Source of the DNA: an uncultured delta proteobacterium
GTDB taxonomy: Bacteria > Myxococcota > Kuafuiibacteriia > Kuafuiibacteriales > Kuafuiibacteriaceae
Direction of reading: 5' to 3'
NCBI GenBank assembly: GCA_963803435.1
Contig: CAWDML010000008.1
Location: 640,001-704,000, forward strand
DNA: 64,000 nucleotides
The notes below the pieces were generated by a model, which ran no database searches, was not told the origin of the DNA, and saw only the letters and a program-made list of their open reading frames with translations. The position numbers and the translations under genes were made by a program. How positions within the stretch are numbered: position 1 is the stretch's first letter; every line of letters begins with the position of its first letter. Shown piece by piece: positions 1 through 9,242 of the stretch.

Positions 1-435
1 GACGGGGGCGCGCTCGAGAAGATGTTGGTCCCGTTCCGCCTCGGCCTCGGCGGGCGGATCGGATCCGGCCGCCAGTTCATGTCCTGGATCCATCTCGCCG
101 ATCTGGTCGAGCTCCTGATCCGGGCGATCTCCGACGGCGCGATGCAGGGCGTGTACAACGGCGTGGCTCCCGAGCCCGTGACGAACCGAGCGCTGGCGCG
201 CGCCCTGGGACGAGCGCTCGGCCGGCCGGCGGTGCTGCCGGTGCCCGCGCCGGCGCTCCGGGTGCTCATGGGAGAAGCCGCGAGCGTGCTCCTCACCAGC
301 CAGCGGGCGTTGCCGTCCCGCGCGCTGGAGGCCGGCTTCACCTTCCGCTTCCCCATGCTGGCGGACGCGCTCCACGATCTCCTCGACACACCCTCGCGGA
401 GGGGAGGACGGGCCGATTCGACCACAGCCGCGTGA
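1..435 (+). CDS. TIGR01777-family NAD-dependent epimerase/oxidoreductase, C-terminal part (5' end outside window)
   Basis: Frame open from base 1: DGGALEKMLVPFRLGLGGRIGSGRQFMSWIHLADLV...GVYNGVAPEPVTN...GFTFRFP, typical of TIGR01777/DUF1731. Confidence 0.9.
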   Translation, partial: DGGALEKMLVPFRLGLGGRIGSGRQFMSWIHLADLVELLIRAISDGAMQGVYNGVAPEPVTNRALARALGRALGRPAVLPVPAPALRVLMGEAASVLLTSQRALPSRALEAGFTFRFPMLADALHDLLDTPSRRGGRADSTTAA

Positions 436-731
436 GCGCTCGAGGCTGCCACAACTGCGGGCAGCTCAATCACGACGGCTGCGACCGGGACGACCACCCG
501 ATGTCACTCTACGGCACGCCTGCCGAGGTCGTGGCAACGCTGGTCGGCGCCCCCTCGATCAGCTCGCCCGGCACCCGACCATAGCTTCATCGTACAGAAG
601 CTCGAAGGCCACGTGAGCGCGTCGGAGGGCTCATCCATGCGCGCCTGGCCGCGAGATCCCACAAGACGACATCGATGTCCTGCGGGCGTGGATCGCTCAG
701 GGCGCCCCGGAGCGGTGACAATGCGGCCCGC

Positions 732-2382
732 TCAGTAGCCGAGCAGCTTCTCGTGCAGGTGTCCGTCGCGGACGAAAGTGCGCGCGTGCTTGGCGCGCCG
801 GGCGATCCGCCGTTCGTTGAAGCGGTGTGCGGTGAACCGGGCGGTGGCCGCCAGGGGGAGCGCGCGATCCCCGCGGTCTCGAAAGAGCGGGTCGGACGCG
901 AGTGCCGCCGTGACGCGCTCTGCGGCCATCGTGGTCTTGATCTGGTGCGCGACGAAGATCGGCAGGGTCAGCGAATCCGAGGACACCGATCCGATCAGGC
1001 GATCGATGAGGCCCTCCTCGGCAGCGGGGATCTGCGCCCAGCGCTCGACCGGAAGATCCAGCACGCGCGTGTGCTGGACGAAGCGTGCGCTGTGGAAGAG
1101 CGCGCGCCGGCTGTCGTCCGTCGGACGCCGCCGCTCGGTCTCGTGGACCGCGTCGGCGTGCGTGAGGTGGTGCGTCACGTCGAGCCACCCGTTCGTGTGC
1201 GCGTCGCTGTCCTCGATCGCTGGATCGAATCGCCACAGCCGGTGCGCCGCCGCCAGGCACAGCGCGCGCGCCACCCGATCCGTCGGTACTCGTGCCTCCA
1301 GCGCGCCCGACACCGCCCCCAGCGCGTCGTCGAGCGTGCCGTCGAGGACGGCGGCGAGGAACGCGTCCACGTCGAGCGCGGCCGTCGGGTCGGGCGCCGG
1401 AGAGCGCCGTCCCTCTCGCGCCGCCATCGCCTTCGCGTACGACCGCATGTATGGGAGTCGATCCTCGCGGGTACCGTACCCGATCATGGACACCAGGCTG
1501 GTGAGGATCGGATGCGCCCGCTGCCAGCCGACCGCGGTCAGGAGCTCCTCCGCCTTCACGCAGTAGATGTGCGCATGCCCATAGTCGAGGAAGTGATCGG
1601 TCGCCGCGTGCACCAGCCAGGAGAAGACACGCTCGGGACCGGCCCCTGCCGCCAGCGCTCCGCGGAACAGGGCCTCCGCGCCCTCGAGCGCCTCCGCCTC
1701 GATGCGCCTCCGGAGCTCCTGCTCCACGCCGTCGAGCGCCGCCACCTTCTCGGGGGCGGGGAAGGTTCGCACCGCGCGCCGCGCGTTCGGCTCGACCATC
1801 AGGTTGGCGGCCTCCAGCAGCAGCACGTCCGCCTCTCCCGGACGCCGCCGCACCAGCGCCGCCAGAATCCGCCGCCGTGGCGAGCCCATGATCGAAGCCG
1901 TAGGGCACCCGCGCTGCCGCCCACGCCGCGGTCCAGCCGAGCACCGTCTCCGCCGCCTCGTCCGCCCCGAGCAAGCGCTCGATGCACCGCGCCGCGTGGG
2001 CCCAGTCCTCCTCGTCGAACGCCTTGTCCAGGCTCTGGTACAGCTTGGGCGTCACGGTGAACGGCGAAGGATCCCGGAGGTCGACCCACACCGCGCCGTC
2101 CTCGATGCGCACGGGGTAGGACCGGACATCCTCGCCTCCGAGCACGCAGACCCCGTCGCACAGCCGGAACTTCCAGTTGTGCCACTCGCAGGTGAGCATT
2201 CCGTCCTTCACCACGCCCGAGGCGAGCGGATAGCCCTCGTGCGGACACCGGTTGTCCACCGCGTGCACGGTCTCACCGGTCCGGAACAACGCAATCTGTT
2301 TTCCGCCCGGCTTCACGGTCTTCGCGGCACCCTCGGCCAGGGCGGCGAGCTCGAGCACCCTCGTCCAACTCGGTACGTCCAT
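732..2382 (-). CDS. Rieske [2Fe-2S] domain protein with long helical C-terminal region (one frameshift at ~1866, probably an assembly error)
   Basis: N-terminus has CPHEGYPL...CEWHNWKF Rieske motifs. Deleting one base at GAATC 1865-1869 joins ...GLATAAD to LAALVRR... of ORF 732..1889 (DHFLDYGHAHIY, GWLDVTHHLTHADA). Confidence 0.8.
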
Positions 2383-2527
2383 GGCGCGATGATGCACGCC
2401 GCACCCGGCGGTGCCCATCCCACGGCCAAAGCGTTGGAGGAAGGTCGGCGCATTGTCATCGAGGGCCCGACCCGGGTGTCAACCTAGCTTGCACTCGAGG
2501 ACGGTTGACCCCGCCCGGTGTTGTTAG

Positions 2528-2543
2528 CTATACATATGTTCAG
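2528..2543 (+). promoter_or_regulatory. Putative LexA (SOS) operator overlapping the dinB promoter
   Basis: CTATACATATGTTCAG, 8 nt upstream of the dinB ATG, closely matches the Myxococcus xanthus LexA consensus CTRHAMRYBYGTTCAGS. A TTGACC -35-like hexamer lies at 2505-2510. Confidence 0.6.
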
Positions 2544-2551
2544 TCAACCCG

Positions 2552-3769
2552 ATGGCCAGGGATGCGCCGCGGATCTGCTGCCTCGATCTCGACACGTTCT
2601 TCGTCTCGGTCGAGCGGCTGCTCGATCCTTCGCTCGAGGGCCGGCCGGTGATCGTCGGCGGCCGGCCAGGCACCCGCGGCGTGGTGACGGCATGCAGCTA
2701 CGAGGTGCGTGCGCTCGGCGTGCGGTCCGGGATGTCGCTGACGAAGGCGGCGCAGCTGGCGCCCGACGCGATCTATCTCCCCACGCGCCACGACACCTAC
2801 GGCGACTACGCGCGGCGCGTGCGAGAGGTGGCGGAGCGCTGGTGCCCGATCGTCCAGGTGGCGAGCATCGACGAGCTCTATATGGACTTCGCCGGTTGCG
2901 AGGGCATGTACCGCCAGGCGCCGGACCTCTCGGACGACGCTACCATCCTCCGCGTCGTCTGCGAGATCACCGCCGAGGTCGCGCGCGATGTCGGGCTGCC
3001 GTCGAGCGCGGGCATCGCCACCAGCCAATCCATGGCAAAGGTGGCCTGCGGCCTGGCGAAGCCCGCGGGCGTTCGCATGATCCCCTCGGGTCGGGAGGCC
3101 GAGGCGCTGTCTTCGCTTCCGGTCCGCAAGCTCCCCGGGATTGGCCCGGTGGCAGAAGCGAAGCTGAACGCGCTCGGCCTCACCACGCTGGGCGAGGTGG
3201 CGGCCACGCCGCTCTCGACACTCCGCACGGTCTTCGGCGCCTGGGCGGAGCACGTCAAGGCGAACGCCGCCGGTGAGGGCTCCGGAGATCTGGGAAGAGA
3301 TCGCCCTGCGTTCCACGAGCACGATCCCGAAGGGGAGGTGGTCGGCACCATCTCCAACGAGCGCACGTTCTCCGAGGACGTGAAGAACCCGGACGTCCTG
3401 GAGTCGATGCTCTGCTCTTTGTGCGAGCGCGTCTGCTGGCGGGCGCGCAAGCGTGGCGTCAAGGCGCGCACGGTGACCTTGAAGCTGCGATATTCGAACT
3501 TCCAGACCATCTCCCGGTCGCGCACCTTCACCCCCACGTCGTCCGAGCTCGAGCTCTATCCGATCGTCAAGGAGCTCTTCGAGGGCGCGCGCGATCGGTC
3601 CCGCCGTGTCCGCCTCCTCGGCCTGGCGCTCTCGAACCTCGCTCGGTTCGACGATCAGCTGGCCCTGTTCCGAACGGGCGACCGCCTGCACCAGACGGTC
3701 GACGCGATCCGCGAGCGCTTCGGCTTCGACTCGGTCCGCCTGGCGCGAGGGCGCGGCGCCCGCGGTTGA
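2552..3769 (+). CDS. dinB: DNA polymerase IV (Y-family)
   Basis: DLDTFFVSVE, VVTACSYEVR, SIDELYMD, AKPAG, LPGIG and little-finger TVTLKLRY...RLLG motifs. Confidence 0.95.
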   Translation: MARDAPRICCLDLDTFFVSVERLLDPSLEGRPVIVGGRPGTRGVVTACSYEVRALGVRSGMSLTKAAQLAPDAIYLPTRHDTYGDYARRVREVAERWCPIVQVASIDELYMDFAGCEGMYRQAPDLSDDATILRVVCEITAEVARDVGLPSSAGIATSQSMAKVACGLAKPAGVRMIPSGREAEALSSLPVRKLPGIGPVAEAKLNALGLTTLGEVAATPLSTLRTVFGAWAEHVKANAAGEGSGDLGRDRPAFHEHDPEGEVVGTISNERTFSEDVKNPDVLESMLCSLCERVCWRARKRGVKARTVTLKLRYSNFQTISRSRTFTPTSSELELYPIVKELFEGARDRSRRVRLLGLALSNLARFDDQLALFRTGDRLHQTVDAIRERFGFDSVRLARGRGARG

Positions 3770-3823
3770 CCTGTCCACTCGGACAGGTTGTCTGCGACCC
3801 GGGATCCCGAGCACGATCGCCGG

Positions 3824-6800
3824 ATGGGCGACGAGAAGGAAGACCGACCGCTCTCCTTCGAAGAGGTGCTCGCGGAGGAGATCCAGGCGCTCCGCGGTGT
3901 CGACCCGATCCAGAGCGTAGAGGACGCCGATCCGCACAACCTGGTGGGTTTGGCCTTCTCGGGCGGTGGGATCCGGAGCGCCACCTTCAACCTCGGCGTG
4001 CTCCAGGGCCTGGCGAAGCTGGGTCTCCTCGACCGGTTCGATTATCTCTCGACCGTCTCTGGAGGCGGGTACATCGGGACGTGGCTCCAGGCGTGGCTCC
4101 ATCGCACGCGCGAGAAGAAGGAAGAACCACCGCTCCAGATCATTCAGCAGGCGCTCTCCAGCGCCGCCGAACCCCGCGAGATTCGATTCCTACGCGAGTA
4201 CAGCAATTACCTGACACCGCGCGTCGGCCTCCTCAGCGGCGACACGTGGACGCTCGTGTCGATCTACCTCCGCAACCTCCTCCTCAATCTGGTCGTGACG
4301 GTGATGGCCATCGCGAGCGCGCTGTTGATGCTTCACGCGTTCGACCACGCGTTCCAGCTGCTGGCCTACCACCCGCGCTGGGCGCTCGGGACGGCGGCGA
4401 GCGCCATCATCGTCGCGATCATCGCCGCCACGCTCAACCTGGTCTCCGACTTCCGGAAGGACCTGAAGCCGTACTTCATCGCGCGTCGGTCCGGCGTCCT
4501 GTTCCTGGTGATCGGCCCGATCCTCCTGTCGACCTACGCGGTCAGCGCGTACGGATGGAGCCACTACCACAACCTCGTGAGGCTCAACCTCGCCCCGGGC
4601 GTCTGGAGGGGATGGTCCACCTTCATGCTCGTCTATCTGCTGGGGTCGATGATCCCGGCGTTCGTCCGATGGGAGGTCAAGCGAAGGTCGGACCGGTGGA
4701 GGGAGGCGATCAAGCCGGGTGACGTCGCCTGGGTGCTGATCGCGACCCTGCTCGGCGCCGGCATCGCCGCCGCGTTCTTCTATGCGTTCGGGCGTGCCAT
4801 CGAGTCGCTCGGGACGAGCACGTATGTCGGCCGTTTCGGGCCGATCGCGGGACCGCTGGTGCTCTCGCTGGGCATCGGGACCGTGATGGCGATGCACGTC
4901 GGGATCGCCGGCAACGCGCTCTCGGAGCAGCTGCGCGAGTGGCAGGCGCGGCTGGTGGGTGTGCTGATCGGGTCGGCCGTCTTGCTCACCCTCGGCAGGC
5001 TCATCGCCAGCGTGCGCTACGAGGAGATCGTCGGGTGTGGGACCGTCGCGGTGCCGGCCTGGCTCGGGAGCACGATCGCGAGCGCCTGGGCGGGGCGCCC
5101 CGACAGCGGCCCGGTGTCGGCGGTGACGTCGGCCATCCGGAGCATCGTGCTCCGCGTCGGTCCGTACATCTTCGTGATCGGCCTGGTCGTCGGGATCGCG
5201 ATCCTCGCCAATCTGGTCGTCGACCAGATCCCATGCACACGAACGATGACTCAGATGCTGGTGACGATCGGACTGAGCTTCCTCTGTCTCGCGGTCTCCG
5301 CCGTCCTCTCCCTGCGCTTCGGGATCAACGACTTCTCGATCGGGTCCCTCTATCGCAATCGCCTGGTGCGCTGTTATCTGGGGGCGATCCGTTCCGATCA
5401 GCGCGAGGTCAACCTCTTCATCGGCTTCTCCGAGGAGGACGACCTCCGCTCGTTGAGCGATCTCGACGCGGCGGTGGCCACGAAGCCCGTGAAGTCGCGA
5501 CTGGAGCAGCTGTACGATCGCGTGAGAGCGACGCTCGGTGGGGAGGCCAAGGCGACCGCAGAGCCCGCGGCCTCCGACAGCTCGGACGAGGACTACCTGC
5601 AACGCACCGCAGCGCGAGCCTCCAAGCCGGCAGGCCCGGAAGACTGTCGCCCCTACCCGATCTATAACGCCACCCTGAACCTCGTGGGCGGCGACAAGCT
5701 CGCCTGGCAGCGAAGGCGCGCGCGCCCGTTCGTGTTCACGCCGAAGCACTGCGGGTTCGCGCTCTCGCCGTGGGACACGGACTTCGATCCCGCGGTGCAA
5801 GCGTTCCGGCCGGCCTCCAAGTACGCCGCCGGGATCTCGCTCGGCACGGCGATGAGCATCTCCGGCGCGGCGGTCAGCCCGAGCATGGGAGATCGGACCA
5901 CCCCCGCCCTGGCCTTCCTTCTCACCGTGTTCAACCTGCGGCTCGGGCAGTGGCTCCCCAATCCGAGGCATCCGGAGATCTGGCAGCGTCGAGGCCCGCG
6001 CTTCGGGTTGGGTCTGCTCGTCAAGGAGCTGCTCGGAATGACCAACGAGGAGCAGCGGTACGTCTACCTCTCCGACGGAGGGCACTTCGAAAACCTCGGC
6101 ATCTTCGAGCTGATCCGACGCCGCTGTCGGTTCATCGTGGCGGTCGACGCCGGGGAGGACGCGAAGCGTGAGTTCGCGGATCTCGGGAACGCGATCGAGC
6201 GCGTTCGCACGGATCTGGGGTATGAGATCGAGATCGACGTGGAGCCGCTCGAGCTCGACCCCGGCACCTCGCGCTCCCGAGCGCGCTGTGCGGTAGGCGT
6301 GATCGACTACGGCAGCACCACCGGGGTGCTGGTCTACGTCAAGGCTACGCTCACGGGCTCCGAGGCGACCGACGTGGTCCGCTACGCGAAGCAGCGGCCG
6401 GCGTTTCCGCACGAAAGCACCGCCGATCAGTGGTTCGACGAGACCCAGTTCGAGAGCTACCGGCGTCTCGGGCAGCACACCGCTAACGAGATCTTCGGAG
6501 CGCTCGGTGATCGCCAGGAGCTGGCCAGGCTCACCACCGACAAGCTCTTCCTCGGGCTCCACCAGCGCTGGCGGCCCCGCGCCGACGCGGACGAGCGCTT
6601 CATCCGCCACACGGAGGACCTCAACCGGATCGCCCGCTCCGTGCGCGACGATCCCCGGCTCGGGTTCATGGCCCTCCAGCTGTTCCCCGAGCTCTGGGAC
6701 CTGGAGACCTCCACGGGCGCGCCGTTGGATCGCGGAGACTTCGGGCTCCCGGCGTCCGGTGAGGCCCTCCGCTGCGGTTTCTATGTCGCGCACGAGATGA

Positions 6801-7498
6801 TCCAGCTGATGGAGAACGTCTACCTCGACCTGGATCTCGAGACGCAGCTCGACCACCCGGACAATCGCGGCTGGATGAACCTGTTCCGGCGCTGGGCGTG
6901 GTCGTCGATGTTCCGTGCGAGCTGGGCGATCAGCGCCAGCACCTTCGGCGCGCGCTTTCAAGCGTTCGCCGAGCGACGCTACGGTCTCGGTACCTCCGAG
7001 ATCGTGGTGCGAGACCCACTCGCCTCGACGGCCCTCGACCTCGGCGACGAGGAGATCGAATCGAAGACCGGCCTCAACTTCTTCGAGGTCGAGCTCCTCC
7101 GACTGTTCCGGGAGCTCCACAAGGAGAGAGGCTTCAGTGTCCTGGCGCTCGCATTTCCCGTGGCGCTTCCTGCTGCGGCGATCAGCGGCAGGGACCAGCA
7201 TCTGATGATGAACTGCGCGTTCGCGGTGGTCGGTGGCGAGAGGAGGCTCTTCTACTTCCGGGTGCAGGACCACCTGCGAAAGATGGGCGTGGCCCGGCGC
7301 GCGCTGGAGCAGCTGCTCCTGACCGAGACCATCACCGCTGACCCCGAGCTGGCGACGTTCGGCGTCGACGTTCCGGATGATCTCCGCGAGCGCGCACAGC
7401 GACTCGGCGATGAGGCGGTCGACGCCGGACGGCTGGAGGAGTTCCGTCGGATGTTCGACTCGGTGGTGCGAGACGTGCGATCGAGGAGACCGTCGTGA
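3824..7498 (+). CDS. Patatin/cPLA2-like phospholipase with multi-pass membrane insert and C-terminal extension
   Basis: GLAFSGGGIRSATF, DYLSTVSGGGY (catalytic Ser), LSDGGHFENLG (catalytic Asp), FPHESTADQWFDETQFESYRRLG; about 10 hydrophobic segments between the Ser and Asp halves. Start could be 3788. Confidence 0.88.
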   Translation: MGDEKEDRPLSFEEVLAEEIQALRGVDPIQSVEDADPHNLVGLAFSGGGIRSATFNLGVLQGLAKLGLLDRFDYLSTVSGGGYIGTWLQAWLHRTREKKEEPPLQIIQQALSSAAEPREIRFLREYSNYLTPRVGLLSGDTWTLVSIYLRNLLLNLVVTVMAIASALLMLHAFDHAFQLLAYHPRWALGTAASAIIVAIIAATLNLVSDFRKDLKPYFIARRSGVLFLVIGPILLSTYAVSAYGWSHYHNLVRLNLAPGVWRGWSTFMLVYLLGSMIPAFVRWEVKRRSDRWREAIKPGDVAWVLIATLLGAGIAAAFFYAFGRAIESLGTSTYVGRFGPIAGPLVLSLGIGTVMAMHVGIAGNALSEQLREWQARLVGVLIGSAVLLTLGRLIASVRYEEIVGCGTVAVPAWLGSTIASAWAGRPDSGPVSAVTSAIRSIVLRVGPYIFVIGLVVGIAILANLVVDQIPCTRTMTQMLVTIGLSFLCLAVSAVLSLRFGINDFSIGSLYRNRLVRCYLGAIRSDQREVNLFIGFSEEDDLRSLSDLDAAVATKPVKSRLEQLYDRVRATLGGEAKATAEPAASDSSDEDYLQRTAARASKPAGPEDCRPYPIYNATLNLVGGDKLAWQRRRARPFVFTPKHCGFALSPWDTDFDPAVQAFRPASKYAAGISLGTAMSISGAAVSPSMGDRTTPALAFLLTVFNLRLGQWLPNPRHPEIWQRRGPRFGLGLLVKELLGMTNEEQRYVYLSDGGHFENLGIFELIRRRCRFIVAVDAGEDAKREFADLGNAIERVRTDLGYEIEIDVEPLELDPGTSRSRARCAVGVIDYGSTTGVLVYVKATLTGSEATDVVRYAKQRPAFPHESTADQWFDETQFESYRRLGQHTANEIFGALGDRQELARLTTDKLFLGLHQRWRPRADADERFIRHTEDLNRIARSVRDDPRLGFMALQLFPELWDLETSTGAPLDRGDFGLPASGEALRCGFYVAHEMIQLMENVYLDLDLETQLDHPDNRGWMNLFRRWAWSSMFRASWAISASTFGARFQAFAERRYGLGTSEIVVRDPLASTALDLGDEEIESKTGLNFFEVELLRLFRELHKERGFSVLALAFPVALPAAAISGRDQHLMMNCAFAVVGGERRLFYFRVQDHLRKMGVARRALEQLLLTETITADPELATFGVDVPDDLRERAQRLGDEAVDAGRLEEFRRMFDSVVRDVRSRRPS

Positions 7499-7569
7499 CC
7501 TGCGGTGCGAAAGAGACGCGTGGGCAGCTTCGACTCGTTGGTACGGTCGGCCCTTCTTGGCCGATCACC

Positions 7570-7683
7570 ATGAACACGATCACCATGACCGACGGCACGC
7601 AGAGCGACCAGGCGCTCCGCACTGGCTCTGCGCGACCCACAAGAACCGCGTCAACGAGGACCTCCTCGCCTTCATCAAGTCGA
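7570..7683 (+). pseudogene. Remnant of a non-heme haloperoxidase-type alpha/beta hydrolase (N- and C-termini only)
   Basis: MNTITMTDGTQ (family N-terminus) is followed within a few bases, in another frame, by PGAPHWLCATHKNRVNEDLLAFIK (family C-terminus with the catalytic His). Confidence 0.65.
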
Positions 7684-9234
7684 CCCGCCCTTCCACTTGA
7701 AGGCGACGGAGCTGAACGCCGATCCCTCGAACGCCGGCAGCACGACCTCCAGCATCCGTCCGCGGAGACACTCCACCGCCCGCGGGCCCAGACCGCGCGT
7801 GTCGATCAGCGTCGCGCTGGTGACCAAACCGTTCGGCCGAACGACCCAGTAGACCTTCATCTCCCAGCCCGGCGTCGCGGGGATGCACTTCGACCAGCGC
7901 GCGGTCCCCTCGAAGAGCGCCCTCTTGGCCGCGGTCTGATCGATCGCCCCAGTGAAGCGGAGTCCCGAAAGCTTTGGGCCCGGCGCCGCGGGTCGAGGCG
8001 TGCGCTCGGTGGCCCGTGCCTTCACCCGTAGCGCGACGGTTGCGGTGCGTGGCAGCGGATCGTTCGCGACGTTCGCGGTCGAATGGTCCACCACCTCCCG
8101 GCGGTCGAGAGAGAGCAGGAGGACGCTCAGGATCGCACCGAGCGCGAGCGGAGCGGTCCAGCGGAGCCAGCCTCGCCGGGGGGCCGGCGGCCCGCGCAGC
8201 AGCTCGGGCAGCGGAGGCGTGACGTCGGTGGCGTCGGCCGGTGGGCTCTCGACCTCGAGGCTGAGCGAGAGCTGGGCGGACAGGGCGGAGGCGGATGGGT
8301 GTCGATCCTCAGGTCGCTTCTCCAGGCAGCGGGCGACCACGCGATCCAGCGACGCGTGCTCGGGCGATGTGCTCCGATCATCGGCAAGACGAGGCGGCGT
8401 CTCCTTGACATGCCTCATCATCACCACGAGCGGCTGCGCCTCCGGGAAGAGGCTGTGCCCCGCGAGCATCTCGAAGGCGATCACGCCGAGCGCGTACAGA
8501 TCGGCGGCCGGGCCCACGTCCTCGCGGCCCAGGCACTGCTCGGGGCTCATGTATTGCGGTGTTCCGAGCACCTGCCCGGTTCCCGTGAGCCCCGGCTCGG
8601 GGACGCCCAGGAGCTTCGAGATGCCGAAGTCGAGCACCTTCACCTTCTCCGCGCCCGGCTCGCCGAGAACCAGCACGTTGGCCGGCTTGAGATCGCGATG
8701 GACCAGCCCGGCCCGGTGGGCCTCTTCGAGTGACGCGCAGATCTGGGTGAGGAGCGCGACCGCGCGCGCTGGGGCGAGGGGAGCGTCCCGGTCGATGACC
8801 TGCTTGAGCGTCAGGCCGCGCAGGAGCTCCATCGCGATGAAGAGCGAGCCGTCGTCGAGCTGACCGGCGTCGTGGACGATGACCGTGTTGGGGGCGGTGA
8901 GTCGGCCGAGGTGGCGCGCCTCGCGGAGGAATCGCTCGACGAGATCGGATCGCTGTCCGTCGCGGATCGGCAGGATCTTGACCGCGACCTCGCGCTCGAT
9001 ACCGCGCTGAAAGGCGCGATACACGACGCCCATTCCGCCCGCGCCCAGCCGGCCCAGCAGCAGGTACCGATCGGCGATCAGCCTGCCGAGGAGCGGGTCT
9101 CCCTGGTCGATCGGGAGCAAGAGCGACCGATCCGTGGGACAGAGGGAGACGCCGCCCTCGAAGACCTCGAGGCAGGCGGGGCAGACCTTCTTCTGGAGGC
9201 TCTCGACGGTGGGCAGGTTCGAAGGATCGACCAT
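7675..9234 (-). CDS. Membrane Ser/Thr protein kinase with C-terminal extracytoplasmic AgmX/TonB-C-like domain
   Basis: LGAGGMGVVY, VAVKIL, HRDLKPAN, DFGISK, GTPQYMSPEQ; N-terminal CPAC...CPTD; TM segment; C-terminal KC...AVECL. Confidence 0.92.
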   Translation of the reverse strand: MVDPSNLPTVESLQKKVCPACLEVFEGGVSLCPTDRSLLLPIDQGDPLLGRLIADRYLLLGRLGAGGMGVVYRAFQRGIEREVAVKILPIRDGQRSDLVERFLREARHLGRLTAPNTVIVHDAGQLDDGSLFIAMELLRGLTLKQVIDRDAPLAPARAVALLTQICASLEEAHRAGLVHRDLKPANVLVLGEPGAEKVKVLDFGISKLLGVPEPGLTGTGQVLGTPQYMSPEQCLGREDVGPAADLYALGVIAFEMLAGHSLFPEAQPLVVMMRHVKETPPRLADDRSTSPEHASLDRVVARCLEKRPEDRHPSASALSAQLSLSLEVESPPADATDVTPPLPELLRGPPAPRRGWLRWTAPLALGAILSVLLLSLDRREVVDHSTANVANDPLPRTATVALRVKARATERTPRPAAPGPKLSGLRFTGAIDQTAAKRALFEGTARWSKCIPATPGWEMKVYWVVRPNGLVTSATLIDTRGLGPRAVECLRGRMLEVVLPAFEGSAFSSVAFKWKGGST

Positions 9235-9242
9235 CTCGGGCC

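Noticed and set aside
4190-7273. 1027-aa antisense ORF (likewise 9252..12221, 14496..17597, 46779..48602, 48891..50327, 50478..52862)
   Set aside because: Antisense shadows of well-supported genes; such stop-free frames are expected at high GC3 and show no family motifs.
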